A stretch of 63,291 bases of DNA, filler included, from Octopus bimaculoides (Eukaryota), in assembly GCF_001194135.2 (NCBI RefSeq). It is 5 parts of 5 records of this genome, joined end to end, with 100 filler letters (N's around TTAATTAATTAA, not from the genome) between each part and the next. Parts side by side here need not be neighbours in the genome. Positions count along the whole stretch, not along the records: positions 1 to 20,898 come from NC_068982.1; 4 more parts are not named here. The stretch is one strand, 5' to 3'. The notes below the pieces were generated by a model. It saw only the letters and a program-made list of their open reading frames with translations. It was not told the origin of the DNA and made no database searches. Within the stretch, counting starts at the first letter, position 1. Each line of letters begins with the position of its first letter. Positions 1 through 12,035 of this stretch are shown in pieces. The position numbers and the translations under genes are program-made.

Positions 1-308
1 TTTATACGCATATATATTTAAACATATATATATCTATTTTTAGATTTTTATATGTATTCATATTTATATTCCGTATATTTATGTTTTAAACTTTTAAATT
101 TATTATGTTACCATGTTATGTTGGATGTATATCTTTCAAAATATTAAATATTGTTTTCCTGAATATATTATTGATGAGTTCTACGAATTTATTAATGATA
201 TAAAAACACATATATACACATTTATTTACTCAAGATAATTGAGCACTCAACATAAGTTCAGTTATACATTCTTTTAGAATATTTCTTTTAGAATATTACT
301 TATAAAAG

Positions 309-347
<39 letters not shown>

Positions 348-795
348 TACACATTTCTACAGTCTCGTTCTACTTTGTTTGGTATTATTTTTTTGTTTTT
401 GTTAACAAACTGTTATCATGGCCAGGATTAAGCACTAAATTAAACATTAGCTTCTACATGACTTTTTCAGTAATTTAGGTTGCGTAGTGAAACAATTATC
501 AACAGAGAGTAATTTTATTAATTACTTTTCCCAGTGACTACACTAATTGCAGCATAAAAGAAATGCTAAGCATTTATGAATGGTAAATATAGGTTTGAAA
601 TATCTGCTTTTCCTCGGTGTATATGTGTGTCTGTGGTGTGTATGGCATGTGTGTGTGTGTGTGTGTGTGTCTTTGTGTCTGTGGATATTGCATGAACCAT
701 GTATCCATGTATGGAGATATATATGTGTGTACATGCAAATGGTTGTGTCTTTGCAAATGTGTGTTGGTACATCTATGTGTATACGTGCATGTGCT

Positions 796-834
<39 letters not shown>

Positions 835-893
835 GTATGTGTGTGTGTGTGTTTGTGTGTGCATGTATATATATGTGTGTGTGTGTATACATT

Positions 894-965
<72 letters not shown>

Positions 966-2126
966 TACACACACATATATATGTAGGTATATGTGTGTAC
1001 ATATAAAAGAGATAGAGCACATGCATATGTGCATATATTTATTAAAAGACGAAAAGACAAAAAAGCTTTGGGAACTTTATCATGAATAAAAGAAAGGAGA
1101 AAATGGAAATTATTTCTTTTATTCACGATAAAGTTTTCAAAGCACTTCTTTTTGTTTTTTTTTATATAAATTTACTCATATGAAACCTCTTAACCCTGTT
1201 AACACACACATACACACACACACACACTCCCCACCCTCCACACACGCATACACACACACACACATATATATATATACATGTATGGGATGCGCCAAATATT
1301 TGTGAACAAACCTTTATAACACCATAAATGGAAAATGCTCCAATATAATATTACGCATGCACCAAATTTCTGACTTTTCTCCTTTCTCTCTCAGACATAT
1401 TGACAACATCAACATGACAGATTCCAAATGGACTCAGTAAATAAAAGGACTCACAATATTCATGGCTCTATCTATTGATCATGGTGAATCAGAGAATGTT
1501 AGTTTTTACAGACATGACTGTGCCCTTCATGTTTAGGATCAATAAAGAACTGGAGGTCTCTGGTAGGGATCAGTTATACAAAGTTGAAGGATAGATACGC
1601 TTTCATGGCATCAGTATGGCCAACTTCATCAGGCAGGTTTAGGATATCGCCGACAATAACTCCACAGGTTTGTTGAGGTCCATTGTCGAGCAGCTCAAGG
1701 TCCTGGAGTTTGCTATCAGATGCATGATGCACAAGGACATCAGGTGTGAGTGGGTTCTACTTGAGGAACAAAACGCAGTTGATACTCAGCAAGAACCGTA
1801 TGACCAGGGGTCTCTCAGAATCATAAAATTCCTAGCTCTCCTGATTAAATCTTCCAGGATGCTGCATCTTGGTTGTCATTAAGGAGGAATGGCTGATGGC
1901 ACCTTGATGTCAAATATTCAATGGAGATTATAGTCAAGGGAGTGATGGAGGTATGGCTGGAATCCAGATAGTCTTGGCAAGCAGTTGCTTTTGTGGTTGC
2001 TGTCAGGAATGATGGCTGCTTTGTGGAATGGTCTGTGACATTGGGTATGTAGTTAGAATACACCTTTTTCTAGGAGTGTTTTGTTCCCAACTACCTAAAA
2101 CGCACTGCATAAATATATTTATAAAT

Positions 2127-2467
2127 AAAAAGCACCATTTGAGCACGATCGTTTCCAGCTTCGCCTTACTAGCACTTGTGCCGGTGGCATATGAACAAAA
2201 CATTGGACTGACTCCTGTGCAGGTGGCACGTAAAAAACACCATTTGAGCATGACCGTTGCCAGTACTGCTGGACTGGCCCTCGTGCCAGTGGCACGTATA
2301 AAGCACCCACTACACTATTGGAGTGGTTGGCGTTAGGAAGGGCATCCAGCTGTAGAAACTCTGCCAAATCAGATTGGAGTCTGGTGTAGCCATCTGGTTC
2401 GCCAGTCCTCAGTCAAATCGTCCAACTCATGCTAGCATGGAAAGCAGACGTTAAACAATGATGATGA
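2127..2467 (+). mobile_element. 5'-truncated RTE 3' UTR copy (family B)
   Basis: Matches the reverse complement of the UTR following RTE ORF2 at 40718-41400; ends ...catgctagcatggaaagcagacgttaaacaatgatgatga. Confidence 0.75.
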
Positions 2468-2880
2468 GATATATATATATATATATATATAACGCCAACC
2501 ATATATNNNNNNNNNNNNNNNNNNNNNNNNNNNNNNNNNNNNNNNNNNNNNNNNNNNNNNNNNNNNNNNNNNNNNNNNNNNNNNNNNNNNNNNNNNNNNN
2601 NNNNNNNNNNNNNNNNNNNNNNNNNNNNNNNNNNNNNNNNNNNNNNNNNNNNNNNNNNNNNNNNNNNNNNNNNNNNNNNNNNNNNNNNNNNNNNNNNNNN
2701 NNNNNNNNNNNNNNNNNNNNNNNNNNNNNNNNNNNNNNNNNNNNNNNNNNNNNNNNNNNNNNNNNNNNNNNNNNNNNNNNNNNNNNNNNNNNNNNNNNNN
2801 NNNNNNNNNNNNNNNNNNNNNNNNNNNNNNNNNNNNNNNNNNNNNNNNNNNNNNNNNNNNNNNNAAATTATTCATTCATG

Positions 2881-2912
<32 letters not shown>

Positions 2913-2983
2913 AACACTTGTATGTATGTGTGTGTGTGTGTGCATACGTGTGTATGTGTGTGTCTATACATATGTGTATGTAA

Positions 2984-3083
2984 TATTAGTTTCAAATTTT
3001 GGCACAAGGTCAGCGATTTCGATGGGAAGAGGTTCAGTCAATTACTTTGACCCCAGCGTTCAACTGGTACTTATTAATCCCAG
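2984..3083 (-). mobile_element. SINE family C, 3' fragment
   Basis: ttggcacaagg...gaccccagcgttcaactggtactta is shared with the copies at 9575-10961. Confidence 0.55.
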
Positions 3084-3138
3084 CAGCATTTTGTCCCGTG
3101 TGCGGATGTTCCTGCCTAAACACACACACAGCTCGCCT

Positions 3139-3172
<34 letters not shown>

Positions 3173-3564
3173 TAGAGCAATGTTAATATGTTAATTGTTA
3201 ATATGATGCCACTCTACTTGTTAAAAGAAATTATTCATCAGCATGTATGTGTATGTGTTTGTGTTTGTGTGTCTGTGTATTGTATTACAATTGCAATGGT
3301 TTCTGATTGTAGTTTCCTGTTTTACTCGTATGGTGTCTTTTTTTTTTTTGGTCCTCCTTTGTCCATTGTGTCGGTGATATTCATCATATTACTTGTATTA
3401 CTGGTACTGTCAGTGGAATACCATCACGGAATTTAAAAGTTTGTGAATCTAAATGTACAGAAACTATGGTGAGTCTGGTTTGCATGGCTGATGAAATGTT
3501 TTCCATGTTTGTTAGTTCTTTCTGCTTTACCGCTAATCATTTATGAGTTCAATGGTGCCATATG

Positions 3565-3604
<40 letters not shown>

Positions 3605-3694
3605 CCATCATGTATGGTATGTATATTATATTTTCATATATATATATGAATACTAGAATTTAGATGATTATATGCCTGTGTGTACAATTGTATG

Positions 3695-3728
<34 letters not shown>

Positions 3729-3791
3729 ATATATGTATATATATGTGTGTGTGTGTATATATATATATACACACACACACACATATATATG

Positions 3792-3836
<45 letters not shown>

Positions 3837-3846
3837 NNNNNNNNNN

Positions 3847-3898
<52 letters not shown>

Positions 3899-4041
3899 TT
3901 ATGCACACACACATTAGTGTTTCTTTTTATGTTCAGTTTTAGGCCATCATCGGACAGCAGCCCAATGATAGCTCAGCTAGGCAAAACTTTGAAGTCACTG
4001 TAATAATTCTTCTTGTTTAAGAATAATATATATATATATAT

Positions 4042-4080
<39 letters not shown>

Positions 4081-4204
4081 TGTGTATAAAATAATTTATC
4101 TGTTTATATATATGTGTATGCATATCTTATGATATAATTTATGTTGTTCTCTTTAACCATCACTCTCCACAAGACATACACACACAAGCACACGCACACA
4201 CACA

Positions 4205-4236
<32 letters not shown>

Positions 4237-4296
4237 TACACTCTCTCTCACACACATACACTTTCTCTCTCATACACACACACACACACATACACA

Positions 4297-4332
<36 letters not shown>

Positions 4333-4365
4333 TACACACACACACATACTCTCTCTCTCTCTCAC

Positions 4366-4419
<54 letters not shown>

Positions 4420-4987
4420 GTATATACTTAAAACAATAGCTTGCCAGATGATCAGATAGACGGATAGAGAGATGGAGGAGAGAGAAAATAACAGAAACCG
4501 ATAAAGTGTCAGAATAAATATATGTGTGTATGCATATACATGTATAAGTGAGTGTACATATGTGTGTATTTGTATGTATTTAAGTGTACATAATGTACAT
4601 ATAAACATGACTAATATTTCAACATGGCTTATTACATATGTACAGAGCTGGCTTGTGGACAAACGAAACCCTGTGCTAGTTCAGTTATGAGGCTTCTCAC
4701 TTCGACAGGGCCCCTGGTCAACGGGGCCCTGTGGTTAAGTCCACCTAGGCACAATGGTAAATCTGGCACTGCATATGCACCTGTGAGTAGCCCTACATTG
4801 CCCAGACCTGTTTATACTTCCAGTTTATTTTGTTTGCTTGTATGTTTTATTTCCATGTTTATTTTGCTTTGCTTATTTTCCGAATGAAGCTCGTTGTTTA
4901 CATAAGGGAGGCACAGAGCTGTGATGCAATGGAAGTTTACAGTTTGTCATCGCAAAGTTTTGTGTTTGACCCGGCTACATGGTGCGA

Positions 4988-5235
4988 ATGAGTGTGGCTT
5001 AGTGGTGAGATTGTTGGACTTGTGATTGAAAGATTGTGGTTTCGATTCCAGGACTGGACGACACGTTATGTCCTTGAGCAAAAATGCTTCATTTCACGTT
5101 ACTCCAGTCCACCCAGCTTGAAAAAAGTGAGTAAACCTGCAATGTACTGGCATCCCATCCAGGTGGGGAATATGTACGCCTCTGAAACCAGGAAACTGGC
5201 CCTTAAAATTTGGCATGACTCAAAAAGGGAACCTT
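4988..5235 (+). mobile_element. tRNA-derived SINE family D
   Basis: A-box-like tggcttagtgg and B-box-like ggtttcgattcc, followed by gtccttgagcaa...ccagtccacccagc; related copy at 12364. Confidence 0.65.
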
Positions 5236-5464
5236 ACCTAAATTTATCTTTAGCTCATCAGTTCTCAGTCATTTGTTTATATTTTAAAAATTGTCACTTC
5301 AAATCGAAGAATAAATATCATTTCATGATATCATATTATACAGTTATTATACTATGAGCCTTCCATAGTAGCTTTCTCTCTGTAACTTGCAAAACCTTTC
5401 GGATTTGTTTGTAAAAATATATACACATACACACATATATACTTCCTTATTTTTTCTTATTGTA

Positions 5465-5508
<44 letters not shown>

Positions 5509-5512
<4 letters not shown>

Positions 5513-5588
5513 TTTAATATCCATTGTCCATGCTGGCATGGGTTGGACGGTTTGACCAGGGCTGGTAAGCTGCACCAGACTCCAATGA
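5509..5588 (-). mobile_element. RTE 3' tail fragment (family B)
   Basis: ccatgctggcatgggttggacggtttgac is the reverse complement of the family B terminus. Confidence 0.6.
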
Positions 5589-5870
5589 ATAAAAGAAATT
5601 TTATTCATTTCATTTCTTCATACGTTTGTCTTTTTTTTTTTTTTAATTCCATTCTTCCAGTTTCACCACTCATTTTGAATTATATCTCCGTCGAGTTAAC
5701 TTGGAATTCCTTAACAACACTATAACTGTCATATAACTAAGGTATACTCAGCCTGATGAATATTGGTGGAGTACCCCATGTTGAATGGTTATTATTTTTG
5801 AGGAACTGCTCGAAACATATGTAGCCTGGATTTTACCTGCTCCATTCTCTCAATTTGGATTTATATTTAT

Positions 5871-5908
<38 letters not shown>

Positions 5909-6101
5909 ATGTATTTATGTACATTTTTAATTGGCAGAAAAATTACAAGAGTGTCTTGTGTGAGAGTTTTGTGCAAGGATTGCCTAGCTTTTTGGCCAAC
6001 TAAAATAATTTGTACTCATTGATTGAGTTCTATTTTACCTGTTTGTTCCATGAAACTTGCATACATATATGCTTTTGTGTGTTTATGTGTGTGTATGTGT
6101 G

Positions 6102-6163
<62 letters not shown>

Positions 6164-6164
6164 A

Positions 6165-6422
6165 TACAGAATGGGACCAGAACACAAAACATCCAGACAG
6201 TTAGGTGATACAAGAAAGGGACAAAACATCCAGATAGATGATACAAGGAAACACAGACAGGTCATTCGGAGTTTTCTCTCTTCAGTCAAGATCCAGATTA
6301 TCCTTGCAATTTCGGCTGGTTATTCTCGATATTGCTCCAATCTGGCCAGCTCCAAGGAAAAACTAAGCTAAGAGCATTAGATTCCTTGGAAGAAAGCAGC
6401 GAATGTATACAAAAACAAGGAC
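6165..6422 (+). repeat. Unclassified interspersed repeat (family E)
   Basis: Highly similar to 23481-23790 (+) and 40259-40615 (-). Confidence 0.7.
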
Positions 6423-6964
6423 NNNNNNNNNNNNNNNNNNNNNNNNNNNNNNNNNNNNNNNNNNNNNNNNNNNNNNNNNNNNNNNNNNNNNNNNNNNNNN
6501 NNNNNNNNNNNNNNNNNNNNNNNNNNNNNNNNNNNNNNNNNNNNNNNNNNNNNNNNNNNNNNNNTATATATATATATATATATATATACATACATACATA
6601 CATACATATATACATATATGCATCTGTGTGTGGGAGTATGTATATATGAATGTATGTGTGTATGCATGTGTGTTTGTGTGTCTATCTTTATAAGATCATA
6701 ATATCATTAGAGTAATTGATTTGAATTTATAAGCAATATTTCAAACTCACCATGCTAATTAACTATCAGGCTTGATTAACAAATTTGAATCTTACGTCTT
6801 ATAAATCATGCCTAAATGTACAGTTACCACTTTATTTTTTCTTAAACATGGTTGGGTTTCTCATTTGCCATTTTTTCTCCTCCTCTTTTACTGTCTTCAT
6901 TCATTGGAAAGTCTTTAAGAGTTTTAGTTGATTACATTAACCTAATTACTTTGTTTGATACTTA

Positions 6965-7445
6965 TTTTTTTACATTATTCTTGTAAAACCATCATCATGA
7001 TTACTGAAGTTTTAATGCTCACTTCTCCATGCTTACATAGGATAAAACTCCCTCCCAAGTCATAGACTCAGAAGGCTGGTTTGTACTTCTTTTTGTTTGA
7101 TGAAGTCTCGTGAGTACAGGAAGTGAGCCATGGATCAGGACAAGTTATAATCTGAGGGAGCGAGGTCCTCGCTTTATGCTGGGTGTGGCATCAGTTTAAT
7201 TCATTCAACTTTCTGGAGTTTATTCTAGGTTGTCCAAGCAGTGTGAGGTCTTCTGTTGTCTTGCTGTAGAAGATCTCACTTTTTGTTAACCAATGCCAGG
7301 TACATCTGCTCCAGCTGTTTGGAGAACAGGTTGGCATCGAGGGTTCAATCATCCAGAATGAACTTGTAGTGAATTATCCCCTAATAATTCCACCATATGA
7401 AGAGCATTACTTTTGTGTTCAAAATGGTATCTGGAGAATTTCTCT
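6965..7445 (-). pseudogene. Mariner transposase C-terminal remnant
   Basis: Minus strand reads WWNY*GIIHY...LQQDNRRPHTA...LMPHPA*SEDLAPSDYNL..SMAHFL, i.e. mariner QDNA.PH and HPxYSPDLAPSDY motifs with stops. Confidence 0.8.
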
Positions 7446-7501
7446 ACAACAATTTATCTACAGATACAGTTCATCTACAACCACAGACATACACACGCGC
7501 G

Positions 7502-7571
<70 letters not shown>

Positions 7572-7902
7572 NNNNNNNNNNNNNNNNNNNNNNNNNNNNN
7601 NNNNNNNNNNNNNNNNNNNNNNNNNNNNNNNNNNNNNNNNNNNNNNNNNNNNNNNNNNNNNNNNNNNNNNNNNNNNNNNNNNNNNNNNNNNNNNNNNNNN
7701 NNNNNNNNNNNNNNNNNNNNNNNNNNNNNNNNNNNNNNNNNNNNNNNNNNNNNNNNNNNNNNNNNNNNNNNNNNNNNNNNNNNNNNNNNNNNNNNNNNNN
7801 NNNNNNNNNNNNNNNNNNNNNNNNNNNNNNNNNNNNNNNNNNNNNNNNNNNNNNNNNNNNNNNNNNNNNNNNNNNNNNNNNNNNNNNNNNNNNNNNNNNN
7901 NN

Positions 7903-8030
7903 GACTGAGGACTGGTGAAACCGGATGGCAACACCAGGCTCCAATCTAATTTGGCAGAGTTTCTACAGCTGGATGCCCTTCCTAACGCCAACCACTCAGA
8001 GAGTGTAGTGGGTGCTTTTACGTGTCACCC
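7903..8030 (-). mobile_element. RTE 3' UTR fragment (family B)
   Basis: ctacagctggatgcccttcctaacgccaaccact, shared with 40830-40880. Confidence 0.75.
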
Positions 8031-8212
8031 GCTATGTATATATATATATATGTATGTGTGTGTATGTGTTTGTGTGTCAGTGTTTGTCCCCCCCAACATC
8101 ACTTGACAACCGATGCTGGTGTGTTTACGTCCCCGTAACTTAGCGGTTCAGCAAAAGAGACCGATAGAATAAGTACTAGGCTTACAAAGAATAAGTCCTG
8201 GGGTTGATTTGC
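8031..8212 (+). mobile_element. SINE family A, 3' half
   Basis: gacaaccgatgctggtgtgtttacgtccccgtaacttagcgg...gaataagtcctgggg. Confidence 0.8.
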
Positions 8213-8268
8213 AATGGGAAGAAATAAGCTTTAAATTTGTCTAAGTAATATGAATACTGAAGGGTTAA

Positions 8269-8491
8269 CCCTTTCGTTACCAACCTGGCTGAAACCACCT
8301 CTGGCTCTGTAGTACAAATGTCTTGTTTCTAAAAGTTCTGAATTAAAATCTTCCACCAAACCTTAGTCACAATTTATGTTCCTAACACTAGCTTAATGAT
8401 AACTAAGTTATTTTACTAAATTCTTTACTATATTCAAAATTAATTGAAAGAAACACAGAGCATCTCAACAGAAATATGGTAACAAAAAGGC
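8269..8491. mobile_element. piggyBac-like MITE, copy 1
   Basis: TTAA|ccctttcgttacc ... ggtaacaaaaaggc|taa; CCC...GGG-type termini with a TTAA-like target. Confidence 0.7.
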
Positions 8492-8510
8492 TAACAAATG
8501 ATTAATTTAG

Positions 8511-8730
8511 CCCTTTTGATACTAACCTGCCTGAAACCACCTCTGGCTCTCAGTACAAATGTCTTGTTTTCATAAGTTCTGAATTAAAATCTTCTACCAA
8601 ACCTTAGTCACAATTTATGTTCCTAACACTAGCTTAATGACAACTAAGTTATTTTACTAAATTCTTTGTTATATTGAAAGTAATTGAAAGAAACACAGAA
8701 CATCTCAAAATAAATACAGTAATGAAAGGG
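8511..8730. mobile_element. piggyBac-like MITE, copy 2
   Basis: ttag|cccttttgatact ... agtaatgaaaggg|TTAA; colinear with copy 1. Confidence 0.7.
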
Positions 8731-9574
8731 TTAAACAGGGACTAAATCCAATGTATTTCTTCCAAGTCTTTGTATTTTCTTCATCTTAGTTTTACAGACA
8801 TTTTGTTGACCTAAATCTCTGCTGCTACAGCTCTTTTCAGTTCATGTTGATTATTAGAATATTTTGAAGGTGGCCATAACCAACCTTCAGCATGCAACAA
8901 TGCTAATCACCAGTACTCCATATTTTGACATTTAATCCAATATCATCAACACCACACACACACTTGTGCACACGTACACACACACATGCATGTGTGTGCA
9001 TACACATTTCAAATTTCTGGTGGGGGATTGGGGAGTTGAGCAGAGAGCAGGGAGAAACATCAGTAGACGGAGACTTTTAGCAATTACAACAACTAGAACA
9101 AATAAATCCTTTCTTGGCCTTATTTGTACCGAGACAAAATTGCTTGCTAACCACTATAATTGTTGCTCTACTAGCTATCATCTCTGACATCAATTATGTC
9201 CCCTTACCCTTACTCTTCTTCACTTAAGATCACAAACTTGCTGCTACCTACTTGACCAAATTTGTATTGTAATCCATTTGATTTTTAAATGCCATCTTTA
9301 GTGACTCACAAACAGCTGTAAATAATTACATCTACTTGCATCACTTTCAAGAATTTTCATTTCATGTTAAATTCTCTACGTCATCTCATTAACATCTGTT
9401 AATTTTATTTAACTTGTATTTTTCTAATTAAAAAGAAAATTTTTTATTCACTTGTTTAATACTTTGTTGTAATGAAAGCTAAAAAAACAAATAATAAAAA
9501 AAAACTCTGTCAGTAGCAACCACTAAATAAATTTGTTCTAAAGAGATTTTCTTCCTAATAATATTAATCCTTTT

Positions 9575-9769
9575 TACAATAAGCACAATGTTTGAAATTC
9601 TAAGGAAGGGGGCTAGTCAATTACAACAACCCCAGTGCATAACTGGTACTTATTTTATTGATAGGCAAAGTCGACCTTGCTGGAATTTGAACTCAGAATG
9701 TAAAGACAAACGCAATGCTGTTGAGCATTTCGTTTGGTGTGCAAACAATTCTGTTTGTTCACCACCTTA
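9575..9769 (-). mobile_element. SINE family C
   Basis: ggcaaagtcgacc...gaatttgaactcagaa (B box on minus); head ends at cctta. Confidence 0.7.
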
Positions 9770-9789
9770 ATGATGACAACAACAATAAT

Positions 9790-10009
9790 AATTGTTTCAA
9801 ATTTTTGGCACAAGGCCAGCAATTTTGAGGAGAGGGGGAAGTCAGTTACACCGACCCCTGCGTTCAACTGGGGCTTATTTTATCGACCCTTAAAAGGATA
9901 AAAGGCAAAGTCGACTTTAGTGGTCTTTGAACTAACAAATGTAAAGGGTTAGAAGAAATGCCACTGGGCATTTTGTGTGGGGTACTAACAATTTAGTCAG
10001 TTCAGTTCC

Positions 10010-10011
<2 letters not shown>
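9790..10011 (-). mobile_element. SINE family C
   Basis: Same head, core and tail layout as its neighbours. Confidence 0.7.
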
Positions 10012-10046
<35 letters not shown>

Positions 10047-10050
<4 letters not shown>

Positions 10051-10474
10051 CGTTACTTGTTTTAGTCATTTGACTGCGGTCATGCTGGAGCACCAACTTT
10101 AGCCAAAGAAATCGACCCCAGGACTTATTCTTTGTATGTCTAGTACTTATTCTATCAGTCTCTTTTGCCGAACCACTAAGTTACGGGGACATAAACACAC
10201 CAACATCGGTTGTCAAGCTATGTTGGCGGGGGGGCAAACACAGACACACAAACACACACATACACACACAGATATATATAAATATATATAAAATATATAT
10301 ATACGTATATACAACGGGCTTCTTTCAGTTTCCGTCTACCAAATTCACTCACAAGGCTTTGGTCAGCCTGAGACTATAGTAGAAGACACTTGCCCAAGGT
10401 ACCACGCAGTGGAACTGCACCCGGAACCATGTGGTTAATAAGCAAGCTACTTACCATACAGCCACTCCTGCGCC
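10047..10474 (-). mobile_element. Full-length tRNA-derived SINE family A (octopus OK/OR-like; exact family name not verified)
   Basis: Minus strand starts ggcgcaggagtggctgtatggtaag (A box) ... ttccgggtgcagttcc (B box); central CA/TA tract; ends gactaaaacaagtaacgag. Confidence 0.85.
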
Positions 10475-10518
<44 letters not shown>

Positions 10519-10520
<2 letters not shown>

Positions 10521-10731
10521 CCTTTTTACTATAGGCACAAGGTCTGAAATTTTGGGGGAGGGGACTAGTCAATTATATTGACCCCAGTGTTTCACTGCTT
10601 AATTTATCGACCCCGAAAGGCTGAAAGGTAAAGTCGATCTCCATGGAATTTGAACTCAGAACATAGCGGCGGCTGAAATACCGCTAAGCATTTCATCCGG
10701 CATGCTAACAGTTCTGCTAGCTTGCTGCCTT
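10519..10731 (-). mobile_element. SINE family C, full length
   Basis: taaggcagcaagctagcagaa...gttctgagttcaaattcc...ttcggggtcgataaatt...ccttgtgcctatagtaaaaagg(ATT)n. Confidence 0.8.
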
Positions 10732-10740
10732 AATGATAAT

Positions 10741-10961
10741 AATGGTTTCAAATTTTGGCATAGGACCAGCAGTTTTTGAAGGTAAGGAAAAGTTGATTTC
10801 ATTGACCTCCCAGTAATTGACGGGTACCTATTTTATTGACCCCACAAAGGATGAAAGGCAAAGTTGACCTCAGTGAAAATTAACTCAGAATGTAAAGACA
10901 AGTGAAATATCTCTAAACATTTTGTTTGTTGTGCTAATGATTCGAGCAGCTCACTAGCTTA
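10741..10961 (-). mobile_element. SINE family C
   Basis: More diverged copy with the same layout. Confidence 0.7.
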
Positions 10962-10964
10962 ATA

Positions 10965-10999
<35 letters not shown>

Positions 11000-11012
11000 A
11001 ATTATGGTGATG

Positions 11013-11340
11013 ATTTCTTTTGTTGGCCACAAGGGCCGAAACATGGAGGACAATATCAAAGGATGAATTAGAAAGAGTAAAAGAAATACTGGAAGTGACT
11101 AACGATGAATGTCTTGAAAATATTGTTTTCCTTTTGAATTTTAATTAAAATATCAAATGATCATTTGATGCTGTTGGTTGTTGTTGAAAGTTAATGAATA
11201 AATTAATGAAGATGATTGAGCGTTAAAAGGTTGATGAACTCTATTGCGCAAGAGATGAGAAACAGAGTTTCAGGGGACCCCATGAGGATGGTAAAACAGG
11301 AAACTCATGAGCCTAGATGCGACTTGACTAAATGCTCGCA
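11013..11340 (-). mobile_element. Probable LINE 3' end
   Basis: Minus strand ends ttgtcctccatgtttcggcccttgtggccaacaaaagaaat, similar to the tails at 11975-12035 and 46107-46160; left boundary clear, right boundary approximate. Confidence 0.4.
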
Positions 11341-11399
11341 GATAAAATGAATTGCATGACATTGCTAAAAATGGTTACCCTTTTACTTGTTTCAGTCAA

Positions 11400-11762
11400 C
11401 TGGTCGTTGCCAGTGCTGCCTGACTGGTTCCCATGCCGGTGGCACGTAAAAAGCACCATTCAAGCGCAGTCGTTGCCAGTGCTGCCTGACTGGCTCCTGT
11501 GCTGGTGGCACGTAAAAAGCACCATTCAAGCATGGTCGATGCCAGTGCCGCCTGACTAACCCTCGTGCCAGTGGCACATAAAAAGCACCCACCACACTCT
11601 TGGGTTGGTTGGTGTTAGGAAGAGCATCCAGCTGTAGAAACCTTGCCAGATCAGATTGGAGCCTGGTACAACCTTCTGGCTTGTCAATCCTCAGTCAAAC
11701 CGTCCAACCCATGCCAGCATAGTAAGCAGACGTTAAATGACGACGATGATAATAATGATGAC
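11400..11762 (+). mobile_element. 5'-truncated RTE 3' UTR copy (family B)
   Basis: Three 66-bp modules, then the family B terminus and a (GAT)n-like tail. Confidence 0.8.
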
Positions 11763-11807
11763 AATGAATGGAATCTCTATCTCTTGCAATAAAGTGTAAG
11801 AAAATAG

Positions 11808-12035
11808 GGCAGTGGGCTGGCAGCATCATTAGCATAACTGGCAAAATGCTTAGCAGTGTTTCATCTGCCATTATGTTCTGAGTTCAAATCCTGCCAAGGT
11901 TGACTTTGCTTTTCATCCTTTCGGGGTTGATTAAATAAGTACCAGTTATGCACTGGGGAGCATGTAATCGACTTAATCCCTTTGTCTGTCGTTGTTTGTC
12001 CCCTCTATGTTTAACCCCCCTGTGGGCAATAAAGA
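11808..12035 (+). mobile_element. SINE family C head and core with an alternative 3' tail; 16-bp TSD
   Basis: aataaagtgtaagaaa occurs at both 11788-11803 and 12036-12051. Confidence 0.8.

Noticed and set aside
543-1126. Stacked ORFs rich in YI, HT and CV dipeptides (here and throughout the window)
   Set aside because: Translations of (TA)n, (CA)n and (TG)n microsatellites, or ORFs spanning N gaps
4705-4732. Perfect 10-bp GC stem-loop acagggcccc-tggtcaac-ggggccctgt
   Set aside because: Too short to interpret; ggggccc palindromes are common inside non-autonomous DNA transposons
11403-11600. CRISPR-like regular repeats
   Set aside because: Whole 66-bp units repeat with no unique spacers; eukaryotic LINE UTR context, no cas genes
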